Assembly: GCA_964016885.1 (NCBI GenBank)
Contig: OZ024746.1
Coordinates: forward strand, 28,148,001 to 28,212,000
Source of the DNA: Eledone cirrhosa
Lineage: Eukaryota
Length of the DNA stretch: 64,000 nucleotides
Direction of reading: 5' to 3'
The notes under the pieces were generated by a model. The model saw only the letters and a program-made list of their open reading frames with translations. It was not told the origin of the DNA and did no database searches. Below, in pieces: positions 51,905-63,780 of the stretch. The position numbers and the translations under genes are program-made. Position 1 is the first letter of the stretch. Each line of letters begins with the position of its first letter.

Positions 51905-52065
51905 GACGGCTAATTCTGGACTAATTCCATCCAGAATTAGCCGTCGAAACGGCTTGAGTTTAGCCGTCGGGGGTCTTACTTGTTCATATTACCCACTCTA
52001 CTACCCTAAGTATTGAGTACTTTGGTGCGTTATGGTCCACCTGGTTCCTTACCACATTTCCTTCG

Positions 52066-52068
<3 letters not shown>
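51905..52068 (+). mobile_element. Family E element with a 5' hairpin and the 3' half of a hammerhead-like motif
   Basis: GACGGCTAATTCTGGA..TCCAGAATTAGCCGTC (16-bp stem), then GAAAC-GGCT..AGCC-GTC. No CUGANGA is visible upstream. The element ends in (TA)n. Confidence 0.7.
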
Positions 52069-52119
<51 letters not shown>

Positions 52120-52224
52120 TTATTATTGGTACATTATTGGCAAAGAATCGCTGCTTTCACCATATTTCCATATTTCCTGTACTAATAATAAAATACTTGC
52201 ACTACGGGTTTTATAAATTTATAT

Positions 52225-52525
52225 GGAAACAGCAGTTGGAATCAAGAGGCAGGAGAGAAGGCTGAGATGGTATGGACATGCGATGTGCATGGAGGATGAC
52301 AGCTGGGTAAAGAAGTGCCAAGAAATCCTAGTAGAAGGAAGACGCAGTAGAGGTAGACCACGAAAAACATGGGTGGAGGTGGTGAGAGCAGACCTCAGAT
52401 CGCTGAAACTCACCATGTCGATGACGAAGGACCGTGACAAGTGGAGAGATGCTGTGCTGAATAGGACCCATCCAACCCTTGCAAGCAGGGAAAAGCGTAC
52501 GTATGATAATGATGATGATGATGAT
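52225..52525 (+). mobile_element. Young 5'-truncated RTE LINE 3' end
   Basis: Uninterrupted RRLRWYGHAMCMEDDSWVKKC...EGRRSRGRPRKTW...DRDKWR. Tail CCCTTGCAAGCAGGGAAAAGCG.ACGTA(TGA)n. Confidence 0.92.
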
Positions 52526-52589
52526 ATACATATATAATTATTATCGAGCCCTCTTCGAATTTTGGTCTTCATAATTATTTATATATATA

Positions 52590-52768
52590 TTAAAGAGGAT
52601 GTGGTAAGATACCAGGTGACCATAACGCACCAGCCTACTCAATACTTAGGGTAGTAGTGTGGGTAATAGGAAAAGAGTCAGGACCCCGATGACTGAGCTC
52701 CGGCCGTTTCGAACTAGTTCGATTCTAGCTGTCAAAATGGTCGGAACTCAGCCGTCGGAGTCTTGACT

Positions 52769-52772
<4 letters not shown>
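52590..52772 (-). mobile_element. Family E element with an inverted duplication of about 41 bp at its 5' end, between (TA)n tracts
   Basis: AAAGAGTCAGGACCCCGATGACTGAGCTCCGGCCGTTTCGA pairs imperfectly with TCAAAATGGTCGGAACTCAGCCGTCGGAGTCTTGACTCTTT. The body is homologous to 15594-15690. Confidence 0.78.
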
Positions 52773-52834
<62 letters not shown>

Positions 52835-53317
52835 CATATTGCTAGGAATTAGGATCGATAACCAATAATTTCGACCTCGTTGCATATATACATTATCTGA
52901 TGATTATGTGAGCGAACAGGTGAAAATTAAGAGTTAACAGAACTCACCAATTAGTCATAATAAAGAAAATATCCATTCAAGACAGGGATGGACACGGTTA
53001 GAATCCCTTTAACATAAATCTACTCAACACCAGGGTTGTGATTCAAGGACAAGAACCAAAACACCAATAAGTCTCAAACTCGTTGCGTTTGTATCTTTGT
53101 ATGGATCAACATAATGGCAATATTTTCACCCAGGGATTACAAACAACTCACTTTCATGTATTCTAACAAATTCTTTTTTCTCTGCAAGTTTTATGTTCTA
53201 TAGATTTTGTATGCCGCATAAACGTACAATGTCATAATTAATGAGTTAGTATGTTAACATTGCAGTCGCCTCTATCAACCTTTTCCCACACAAGGTGTAT
53301 TTTACATCATTTATTTA

Positions 53318-53502
53318 TGGCAGTATCGGTAGAGGGTCGGACGCCATGCTTTGACGCATAGAGTTACGGCCCTTGCCATTCTGAGTTCAAATCCCGCCGA
53401 GGTTAACCATGCCTTTCATCCTTACGGGGTCGATAAAATAAAGTACCAGTAGTACACTGGTAAATTTGCTGGCCTTGTGCCAAAAGTAGAAACAATTATT
53501 AT
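53318..53502 (+). mobile_element. Full-length Meta-type SINE
   Basis: Family consensus; same subvariant (TTTGACGCATAG, CCTTGCCATTC) as 41421-41608. Confidence 0.92.
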
Positions 53503-53599
53503 AGTTATCTGCATTGTGGCCGCTATATTTTCAGATTACAAATTTCCCCATGCTTCGTAAGGTAACTGATCATGTTGGTGCACCGTCAGTTCTAAAGAC

Positions 53600-53757
53600 A
53601 GGAGGTTCCAATTGATACGATCAACTGAACAACTTATTTCTGAAATTGACGTGTAAGTGGCTGAGCATTCTACAGACACGAGTACACTTAACGTAATTCT
53701 CGGGGAGTTTCAGCGTGACACAGTGTGTATCAAGGCAGGTCCTTTGAATTACAAGGA
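53600..53757. mobile_element. Fragment of another interspersed repeat
   Basis: GCTGAGCATTCTACAGACACGAGTACACTTAACGTAATTCTC is also seen in degenerate form at about 32845-32920 and 61590-61645. Confidence 0.65.
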
Positions 53758-54079
53758 CACGCACCTGTTGGTTTTCACTTCAATTTATTGGCTGGTTGGT
53801 TGGTTCGGTAACTGGATGGTTGTTTATATATTGTTAAAGCTCTTTCGTTACACACCCGGATGTGACGCATGCGCAAACTAAACACACAACACACAAGAAC
53901 AAGATGGCGTAGGACAGAAAAAAGGAGAGAGACAAAATAAAAATCTAGTCACTGGAGAGGTCACAGAATGTGTGACGAAAAAGCTTTAACAATTTATAAA
54001 CAACCATCCGGTTATCGAACTCTCCAGCCAACCAACCGAAAACTTATAATAAATTGAAGTGAAAACCAACAGGGGCGTG
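53758..54079. mobile_element. MITE with imperfect TIRs of about 110 bp
   Basis: ACACGCACCTGTTGGTTTTCACTTCAATTTA...GTTAAAGCTCTTTCGTTACACA pairs with TGTGTGACGAAAAAGCTTTAAC...TAAATTGAAGTGAAAACCAACAGGGGCGTGT. Confidence 0.85.
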
Positions 54080-54091
54080 TGTTTTTATTAG

Positions 54092-54178
54092 CAATATGAC
54101 CCTCCCGAAGTATAACAATATCCGTTTCAACACACGTTTTCAGATAAGAAATCTTGCAAAACAAATTAAAAAACGAAG

Positions 54179-54209
<31 letters not shown>

Positions 54210-54392
54210 TGTTATACTTGGGGAGGGTCATATTGTTGTAATGATATTGCCAGAAATAATAACGGAACACACTCACTGTTATTATTTCTGGCAATATTAT
54301 TACAACAATATGACCCTCCCCAAGTATAACAATATTTGTTTCGACACACTATTACATATCAAAAACCTTGCAAAACAAATTCATCGCTATCA
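54092..54392. mobile_element. Two adjacent copies of a (TA)n-associated element; the second has a fold-back of about 58 bp (54206-54335)
   Basis: CAATATGACCCTCCC.AAGTATAACAATAT...CTTGCAAAACAAATT occurs twice, and an inverted copy precedes the second occurrence. Confidence 0.8.
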
Positions 54393-55005
54393 TATATATA
54401 TATATATGTTTTAACGACAATACAACAACTTTCTCCGGCTTAGCCTGCCCCCCCCCCCCTTTTGGAACTTTCCCCCCGTTGATGGGCGTGAGCCCGAAAT
54501 ATTGGGATTAAATCTCCACTACGGTAATCCTTCTACCTTTGTTTTGTTTTCGTTTCTCTCATTTTTCACTTTTCTCCTATTTCTTACTCACTTCCTACCT
54601 CGAGATTTCCCATCTGCATTGTTGTGGCTTTCTAAACTACATATTTTATATATATATATATATAATCACGCAAGCATATTATTAACAAGTTCCAGATATA
54701 TAAGACACCATCATTGGTTTACAAAATATTCTGAATTGTTATTCATATCACGTTACTACTTACAATAAAACCAGTCTTTTCACAGGTTGGTCCAACTGAA
54801 TAACCTGTGCCCTGCTTACATTCAGCACTAAATGACTACATCCAACTATTATACTATATACATTTTAGAAGACTAAGATAAACTAATTAGAGTATTTTAA
54901 TCGGAATTAATGTCAGGCAATGGTTTCAAAGATAATAGGAAGAAGAGCCAGATTCTTCTTTGCTGTAACAGTCAGAGCAATTGTTATATATATTTAGAAA
55001 TTTAC

Positions 55006-55090
55006 CGTAATCTACGTATCTAATCGAAGCGGAACCGAACAAGATCGATACAGACATAAGTTGATGAATTGTTAGGAAATTGACTTTCAT
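55006..55090 (-). CDS. Candidate alternative first coding exon (MKVNFLTIHQLMSVSILFGSASIRYVDY + G, phase 1)
   Basis: ATG-initiated 28-codon frame in unique sequence, ending at ACG|GTAAAT. Confidence 0.35.
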
Positions 55091-55303
55091 CAGACAGCAC
55101 ACACAAGCACATTGGAACAATTAATGATAACAACAACAATCACATATACCTAAATATATAGCCCTATTGATTTCCAAGGAATGGAACAGTTCTAGATCTG
55201 TAGAAGTCATTTGTGTATAAAATAAAGATTCCTATACTCTACCAACGTATTGAGGACCTTTTAAACTCTGGTCATTTCCCGATCCCTATCGGAACTCCAC
55301 CCA

Positions 55304-55335
<32 letters not shown>

Positions 55336-55403
55336 GGAGGTTATATGTTGATTTAAAACTGAACTATCCACAAGTGTTTTTTAGCCTTCATATCATGTCC
55401 TCC

Positions 55404-55474
55404 TGTTTTATCTGATGAAAACACAAATATTATTGCATGATGATATTTGTTTTTGAAATGCGCATAATAAAATA
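55404..55474 (+). ncRNA. Minimal type I hammerhead ribozyme (intact core, TGCGCA stem III) between (TA)n tracts
   Basis: TGTTTTAT-CTGATGA-AAACACAAATATTAT...ATGATATTTGTTTTT-GAAA-TGCGCA-TA^-ATAAAATA. Confidence 0.85.
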
Positions 55475-55502
55475 CATGGAACTCCTTTAACCATCTTTTG
55501 TT

Positions 55503-55609
<107 letters not shown>

Positions 55610-55629
55610 CTTTGTCTATAATAAAAGTA

Positions 55630-55790
55630 TTGGCGGTGAAAAGTCAGTCGTTAGAACGTCGGATAGAATACTTTGCTGTATTCGTTCTGGCTCTCAGTGT
55701 TGCGAGTTCAAATCCCATCGAGGTCAATTTTGCCTTTCAACCTTCTAAGGTCGATTAATAAAGTACCAGTCAAGTACTGGGACCGATCCC
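55630..55790 (+). mobile_element. Older, diverged Meta-type SINE
   Basis: GAGTTCAAATCCCATCGAGGTCAATTTTGCCTTTCAACCTTCTAAGGTCGATTAATAAAGTACCAG. Confidence 0.8.
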
Positions 55791-56029
55791 TCATCCTTAT
55801 TCACTTTTTTCCGGAAGTAATCAGACTTGGATAGTGATGGACTCCGCTGAGGTTTAATATCGACGCAACGCTGCATGTAACGACGGCGCCCCAATGACTC
55901 CACCCTGAGTTAAGTGTCCATAGCATGGCATAATAAAAGTAATACTGACCCGATATTACATCATTGATTGATCCGATGTTTATCTTATAATCTATCATGC
56001 TTTGTTGAGTGGGGGATTAAGTTGTAATC

Positions 56030-56460
56030 GTTTGTATACATGAATTGGCTATACAACCGTTTTTATACAAATGTATATTGGTTATACAGTCGTTTAAATA
56101 TATATATATATGGTAGTTGTACAGTCGTTTATGTATATATATATATATATATATATTGGTGATACAGCCGTTTAAATATATATATATATATATATATATG
56201 GTAGTTGTATAGCCGTTTATAGACATATATTGGTTATGTAGCCGTTTATAGACATAAATTGGTTATGTAGCCGTTTACATACATAGAATAGCTATAGAGC
56301 TGTGTATATAGACAATGATTATACAACCGTTTATATAGATAGATTGGTTATACAGCCGTTTATATACTCAGAATAGTTCTACAAGAGTTTATATACATAG
56401 AATGATTATACAACCGTTTATATATACAATGGTTATACACCCGTTTATATACATAGAATA
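56030..56460. repeat. Degenerate minisatellite, unit about 28-33 bp (GGTTATACAGCCGTTTATATACATAG)
   Basis: About 12 units with a CCGTTTA core. Confidence 0.85.
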
Positions 56461-57094
56461 TTGTACCGTTTCTGGCTTGGTTTCTACGGCTGGAACACTT
56501 TCTAACGCTAACCACATTTACAGTGTGGACTGGGCGCTCTTTTGTCGTGGCACCAAATATATACGAGATATATTTATAAGTATTTACATAAGATCCTATA
56601 AGCAATTTTGTATCATTGAACCAAGAGCGATTCCTGGCGTGTTGGTATCAAAGTAATTGTCCTTTAACTACGGTTTCTATCATGTCGATCTACGGTTGTG
56701 TACGAAGAGAGAGAGAGAGAGATGGATGGATGTCATTTAACAAGCTAGTGACACCAAACATACACTAACACACTATAACGAAGAATTAACTTATATTAAA
56801 TTTCACAGTTTCACATTAGAGAATATATCTTCCTCCACCTCTAGTCATATTTCTGATGTGTCAACACTTATCTTTTTATAAACTGTCTGAACCAATTACA
56901 TTTTACCTTTGTTGCCGTTATAGTTGTTGTTAACTACAGTCTCATTTTCCAGCAAATCTCTTTCAATATGATGGCTTTATCAGTAAGTTAATTAAATTAT
57001 GGATTCTTCTTGCCTCAGTTGATGTGTTTAGACTTCAGATAGACGACGTCAGTTTTCACTAGAGGGTGGGGGTGGGTGTTATTATGAGAGCTAA

Positions 57095-57645
57095 TTAACA
57101 CATCAATTACACATCTAATATATCAACTACACAACTGTACTGTACTGTGTTGTGTTAACAAATCAATTACACATCTGTACTGTACTGTGTTGTGTTAACA
57201 CATCATCCACATCTAATATATGAACTACACATCTGTACTGTGTTAACAAATCACTCACATCTAATCTATGAACTACACATCTGTACTGTAGTGTGTTAAC
57301 ACATCATCCACATCTAATGTATCAACTATACATCTGTACTGTACTGTGTTAACACATCATCCACATCTAATATATGAACTACACATCTGTACTGTACTGT
57401 GTTAACACATCACTCACATCTAATATATGAACTACACATCTGTACTGTGTTAACAAATCACTCACATCTAATATATGAACTACACATCTGTACTGTACTG
57501 TGTTAACACATCATCCACATCTAATGTATGAACTATACATCTGTACTGTTAACAAATCACTCACATCTAATGTATGAACAACACGCCTGTACTGTACAGT
57601 GTTAACACATCACTCACATCTAATATATTAACTACACATGTGAAT
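57095..57645. repeat. Minisatellite, unit about 47-52 bp (GTTAACACATCATCCACATCTAATATATGAACTACACATCTGTACTGTACTGT)
   Basis: About 11 units. Confidence 0.93.
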
Positions 57646-58129
57646 TACTGGTACAGTCCATTTAACACATGTATATACAGTTTCCATCTATCTATTTGGT
57701 TCGACCCGATGCTGTAGTAATCTTGGTAAATAATACTTGACCAATGTACCACAAACTGAGATCATATTTGGAACCTTATTACTACGAAGAGAACTTTTTA
57801 AACCCCGAATAAATGAATGGCATAGTTGGCCTCGATGGAATTTGAACTTAAAGTGAGCTGAGATGAATACTGCCAAGTATACAACACCTTCATGACTGCC
57901 AATTCACTGCACTGTTTAACCATACGTACACATATATACACATATATATATACATACACGTATATATACTTACACATATACATGTTGATTGCTACTTCAC
58001 TGAACATTGCACAATCATGTGCTCGCAGGTAACTTTTCAAACCAGCTTTTATTTTGCAGGCACGTTCATAGATGTGAACTGGCAATACCGGTTAAGGTGT
58101 GTCTACGTCAGTCCACCAGCTAACTTGCA

Positions 58130-58530
58130 AAAATTATGCAGCAAATGCGTTGGGCTGGTCATGTGGTGAGGATGGAAGGCTGCCTAAACAGTTATTTTAT
58201 GGGTAACTGAAAAGGCCACAGCATAAACCAAAGAAGCCGTTTAGGGGTGGCATAAAAGACAATCTTAAAGCTCTGAAGATTGATATGGAAAACTGGGAGG
58301 TATTGGATTGAGGCCGTACATCGGAGAATGACCAAGTATGGGTGTGATATCTGAGAAACAGCCAGTGGGGCATGCTGCATTGAAGCGTTCACTCCGTAAG
58401 CGGGAACCAAGAGCAGTACCTTCAAATATACAACAGGAATTGAGGTACACTGTATGTGGACGATTTCTTCTATCAAGAGCTGGGTTTATCAACCATCTAA
58501 AGACACACGAGCCATGGAGAAATCGATGAA
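58130..58530 (+). mobile_element. Degenerate RTE (BovB-like) LINE C-terminus with a C2H2-type end
   Basis: MRWAGHVVRM...LPKQLFYG...KDNLKALKID.ENWE...CGRFLLSRAGFINHLKTH, read across frameshifts. Confidence 0.8.
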
Positions 58531-59003
58531 GCTTCTAACCTTCCCATAAATTTCAAGTTCCATTCCTCGTTTCTGAACGCACGTTGATTAAATATATTAG
58601 ATGTCAACCTTGCTATATTTTTCGGTCGTTTTTGTTGGTGTCACTATTTTTAACTGTTGTGTTTACTCTGGACGATAATGTATTAATTTCTCGCTCCATT
58701 GAGTGCTTTGTAATTGCCCCAAACAACTCAAATAGTACCTGCTATATGGCAGCTACAACTTCTATACCTAATATATATATATAGTTCAGGGAATGACAAG
58801 ACATACACGGACATGCAACAACACAAATTCTTATTAGTTTCACGCTTAGGAGGAAGTATATATACATATATATATATATATATTCTTAGTATTGATACTC
58901 CGTATGATGCTTTATGGTACCTACGTCTGATTATACCATGATTTGTCGATTGCTTCGATCAACCAGCACTGATTATCGAACTATATATATATATTTTTTT
59001 CTT

Positions 59004-59179
59004 TTTTCTTCCGGCGTCGAAGACGCTACTTTTTTCCTAAAATAAGTCTAAAAAATCTACCATGCGTCCTGGAGGTCGAAGGGTGTTTATTATTTTTATT
59101 ATTTTTTCAAATTTTTGGTTGTCAAAATTAGCGTGCGTCCTCGAGGACGAAGCGTCTACGGCGCCGGGAAATACGGTAT
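59004..59179. mobile_element. pogo/Tc1-type MITE in (TA)n
   Basis: The right TIR AGCGTCTACGGCGCCGGGAAATACGG-TA is complementary to the degraded left end TTCTTCCGGCGTCGAAGACGCT. Confidence 0.7.
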
Positions 59180-59700
59180 ATATATATATATATATATATA
59201 TACATACACACACACACGGTGGGGTCCTGCAGTTTCCTTCTACCAAATTTCATCCCCCAAATCATTGCGCATAGAAGAAACTTCCCTAGAGTGCCGTGCA
59301 AAGTGGATGCAGCCAGAACGACGTGACTGGGAAACGAACTCTTTACCCATGCAGCCATGTTTATATTTGTGTAATTCATTTAATTACTAAATTATTTCCT
59401 AGTTTTAGAGGCTTCAGATCAACAGATATAGAGAAACATTGTAAAGAAATAATACACACAACTAAAAATATAAATACGAAAAGTAAAAAGACAAGTAAAA
59501 ACACGAAGTGAAGCAATTTATATCGAACAATAATAATAATAATCCTATAAATATGTGCATTCAATAAAACAAAATCAATATTGACTTTGAAATAAGAACA
59601 TACATACATAGCTACATATGCATACATAATTACATACACACATGTATATATATTCATATACATACACATATCCACATGCACGATATACATATATATACAT

Positions 59701-59740
<40 letters not shown>

Positions 59741-61353
59741 CCATATGCATACACCCTTAAAAAAAGAAGCGCAACAAACCAACAACTCTCACAAAAATAG
59801 GTTTATTTATTATAAATTTGTTTGATTTCATATAATGTGCATTGCACGTGCGCATAATTCGGCTATTTACTGAAAACAAGAGAGCGGGAAAATGTGTGTG
59901 GGGGGAATGGTCTCTCTAATGTTTCGGCTAAATTTCCTCTTTTCATGTTCATTTTTTTGTCTTTATTTTACATACGAATGATTTGCTTGTGTTATTCATC
60001 TCCCTCCGACCGCATCACTCTCCCTTCCCGACTCCACCAAACTGCTTTAAAAGGTTTAACAGAGCTGCATTGCTGCTTTTGATACAGGAGTGATTCCATA
60101 ACTATGGTAAATTGTCTTGCTTTTTGGTATATTAATGTTGGAATGGACTTCAGACAGTTTCCACGATGACTGTTCCAGTTTTTCACGCCAACACTTCTCT
60201 TAAGCTTATAGACAGGGTGCTTACTTGGCAGAGTTACTAGAGCGTCCGTTAATAGTATATCTTGTGATATTTCCCCTGACTGTCTCACTGGTTATCGAGT
60301 ATGACTGGATAGTATGTACCATTCTGCCAATAAGGGTTTAGGTGTACATGTAGCTGCGATCAGACACAGCCACCCTGCCCACCCTTAATCCAGTGGAACA
60401 TCCAGGATGTTATAGCCCGAAGGAGAAAAGAAGCTGCAGCAGTCTTGAGCTGGTAATTTCTTTATCAAAACCCGAAAGGATGAAAGACAAAGGGAACTTG
60501 GCGGGATTTGAACTCATATCCAACGCTCTACAGATTTTTGCCAACTGTGAAGTAAATATGAGCTTGTTATATTTGACAACAAGCACTCACAAATGGCTGG
60601 CTTCCTCTCTATTTTTTTATCTGCATTCTTCCAAATGATAACAAAGAATTCTTTTGATCATTTCTGAACGACATTAAAATTTTAAGGATAGGGGTGTTGG
60701 TCACATGATCGTAAAGTCCGAGTAACATGTAGTATTGATTGTTATCAGTGTAGAGATTATTGCTGTTTGGAACGTAGTATTGTCATCAATGTAGCGGTTA
60801 TGGTTGTCTGGAACATGTGGCAGAGTCATCAGTGAGAAGGTTAAAGATGTCTAGAACATGATATTGTTATAGTGTGGAAGTTAGGCTGTCTGGAACATGT
60901 GGCAACATGTTTCAATCATCCATAGCAAAATATATCTGACGCCAAAACCAAGTCTTCGTCAAGATATTGCAACAATGCAGTGGCATTAATGTATGGTTGC
61001 ACTTTGTCGTCTTCCACTATATATATATCGAAGCTATGTCCATTCTATCCGACATGCTTCGTCTAATTTTATATATGCGTGTGTGTGTGTGTGTGTCGGA
61101 GTTAAAGTTGTTTGGCAAGTGAGCTATTCAAAGACCATTTATTGAAACCGAAGCAATTATATTGTGGAAGAACCAGCTTAGCTATTTAAGAAGAGAGAAA
61201 AACTGCGAGATTGATTTTTCACTTATTTTGTTGAGGTGTCAAAAGTTTGTGGCAGCTGTGAGAGGAAATTCTTCACACCTCAAGAAATAGAATCTAACAG
61301 ATTTTGTGAGGCTCTTAAATGGTTGAAATGACTCTACCATGATGCAATTGCTC

Positions 61354-61399
<46 letters not shown>

Positions 61400-61729
61400 G
61401 GTTTATATGAAACTATATACAGCATGTTTATTATAATGAACATATATAAATCAGCGGGTGTTTTAGGTGTCAGAACATATACACTGGTATTTCAAAATGT
61501 TTATCCATATTGAAAGATTCTTCGTCGATTTCGATGATACGTGTTTTAAGTGTTTGATCACCGAATCAGCTGAATTAACGAACGAGTATGTAGTTGAATA
61601 TTCCACAAACACGTGTACTCGTAACGTAATTTTTAAGGAGATCCTTGCATGTACAGTCAATCTTTAATGACATACACACAAATATATAATATTCTTAGAC
61701 ACACACAAACACGCATATATCGTAGGCAC

Positions 61730-61992
61730 TCACTGCCTAGAAAGTTCCTCTCCTAGGCATAAGCCTGGGCAAAGTGTGTCTGTGGAAGTCCAGCAGTGGC
61801 CCATGCACGCAACCGATGTTGTACAAGGGAAAGACAATGACCGATACAGCTTGGCACCCATGACGTCGCAACTCATATCTACAGCTGAATGAACCGGAGC
61901 AACGTGAAATAAAGTGTTTTGCAGAAGAACACAACGCACCGCCCCGTATGGGATATGAGCTCAACGTTCTAACCACTAAGCCATGGCCCTTC
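61730..61992 (-). mobile_element. Diverged CORE-type SINE variant B
   Basis: Homologous to 36785-37118. Confidence 0.78.
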
Positions 61993-62069
61993 ACACACAC
62001 ACACACATATATATATATAAATTAATTGCGGAAATTGAAGCAATACAACGAAGCTATACTAAGAAGATG

Positions 62070-62410
62070 AGTGAGATGCAGAGAGAGTTTGAAAGAATTA
62101 AGACTTTACACTCTGAAGGGATGATGTGAGAGATACGTAGTGATATACATATTGAAGATCTTGGAAGGGCAAGCCCCAAACTTTGCATTGAGAGTTTTAC
62201 CATCCTCCCAACAGGATGTAGTGCCAAATATCTGTATCGAGAGTAAATAGTTTGGGGTACACGGACAGGGCATTCAGCTATTCAGGTATTTGATATGCAG
62301 CAAAACAAACACACACACAAAGAGAAATCCGTAGGGGGTGGCCCTAGATGTTTTAAAGACACATTTCGATGAGCCTACAGCATGCCAAGAAACAAAATAT
62401 GGCGGCAGTG
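62070..62410 (+). mobile_element. Highly degenerate CR1/L2-like LINE 3' ORF fragment
   Basis: ESLKELRLYTL...ERYVVIYI.KILEG..PN...GIQLF...ALDVLK...DEP pattern read across frameshifts. Confidence 0.5.
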
Positions 62411-62506
62411 TCAAACGCCATCCTCCTTCAATGGCCGGCCAAAGAAGGATGGCTCTAGAAAATTTAATAGCATTGGTGGTGCTCCAGCATTGCCGCAATT
62501 CGAGGG

Positions 62507-62558
<52 letters not shown>

Positions 62559-62595
62559 CGTCTGCGTGTGTGTGTGTGTGTGTGTAGAATCTTAC

Positions 62596-62690
62596 CTTAG
62601 ATTATCTAGACAAATACGCCAATGTTTATTATTTGACGTTCAGAAATGTAAACAGCTTAGACGTAGAGCATTTGAATGTTAAATTGGAAC
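62596..62690 (-). other. Candidate non-coding 5' UTR exon of the minus-strand gene (5' boundary uncertain)
   Basis: Strong donor CTAAG|GTAAGA at 62596/62595 in unique sequence, with no coding frame. Confidence 0.4.
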
Positions 62691-63664
62691 TGTGTGCAGC
62701 AACTCGCAAAGACACACAAACAGGTGTGTGTAGTGTGTGTTTATATGCTTGTATGCATATACATAGAAAGTAGATCACGCACACTTTCTCACAAACAAAC
62801 ACACGAAGACAATACAAGGTGATGTGAGTGATTGTATTTCCCACCCTACCAACTCGCAGAAAACGAAAACAAAAACAAAAAAAACAGAAGACATTTAATA
62901 TATTGGATAACAATTGTTTACCAAATTCCATAATGCAGGAACACCCTCTCTTAACAATCTATAGACAAATATGTATATGTACATGTGTATGTATATACAT
63001 ACATATATATATATATATACTCACATATACACACACACACACATATATATACTCACACACACACACTTAAACAGACACACATAGGTATGTATGTATATAT
63101 GTACAACAACACAATACAAGCCAACAAATAAACGGATTGACTAGAAACTTATTTTTAAAGCTGACGTAAACCACATTGTATTTGTATTTGACGAACTAAC
63201 CACCGAGATATTGCTACCACTTCTACCACCTCCTCTCTGCCACTACTGCATGCTCGTACTACAACCACCACCGCTACACCAACACTACTACTACCACAAC
63301 TACTGCCACCCGCATTTCGTCCTTTATTTTAAGCTAGAGTTAATGAAGTCTTTATGAGTGAGATGGAACAAGATATAAGCGAAATTGTTTCTCGCTAAAA
63401 ACAAAGAAAATGTGTAGGACTTATACACAGTTTCTTGTTTATTGCATACATTGATAACCTACTCTAATTCTAGTTATCTTGTATTGTCAAACATGCATCT
63501 TTCCAGAGGTTGTTCTTTCAAGGCGTTGTACATCTTGGAAGTGTAAAAGCGATACCACCATTATGCAGGAAATCATAATTTCGCGCAGGGTGAGAGGCAG
63601 AGGCAAGAAATGCGATGTTTTTGTTCATTTTTCCTCAGTATCTGTTTTTCTGCATGTAACTTTG

Positions 63665-63699
<35 letters not shown>

Positions 63700-63780
63700 T
63701 CCTGCTATATCAAGCGTTAACCTAATATATCCCTTCCATATACTGTACCGATTGTGTTGTTATTTCTGTTTACCTTTTAT

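Noticed and set aside
52890-52935. CTGATGA...GAAA as another hammerhead (also CTGATGA near 45806, 45881 and minus strand near 55090)
   Set aside because: No complementary stem I or stem II and no correctly placed GAAA and UH.
59992-60288. 98-aa non-repetitive minus-strand ORF
   Set aside because: No recognisable motif, a non-ATG start and no convincing splice sites.
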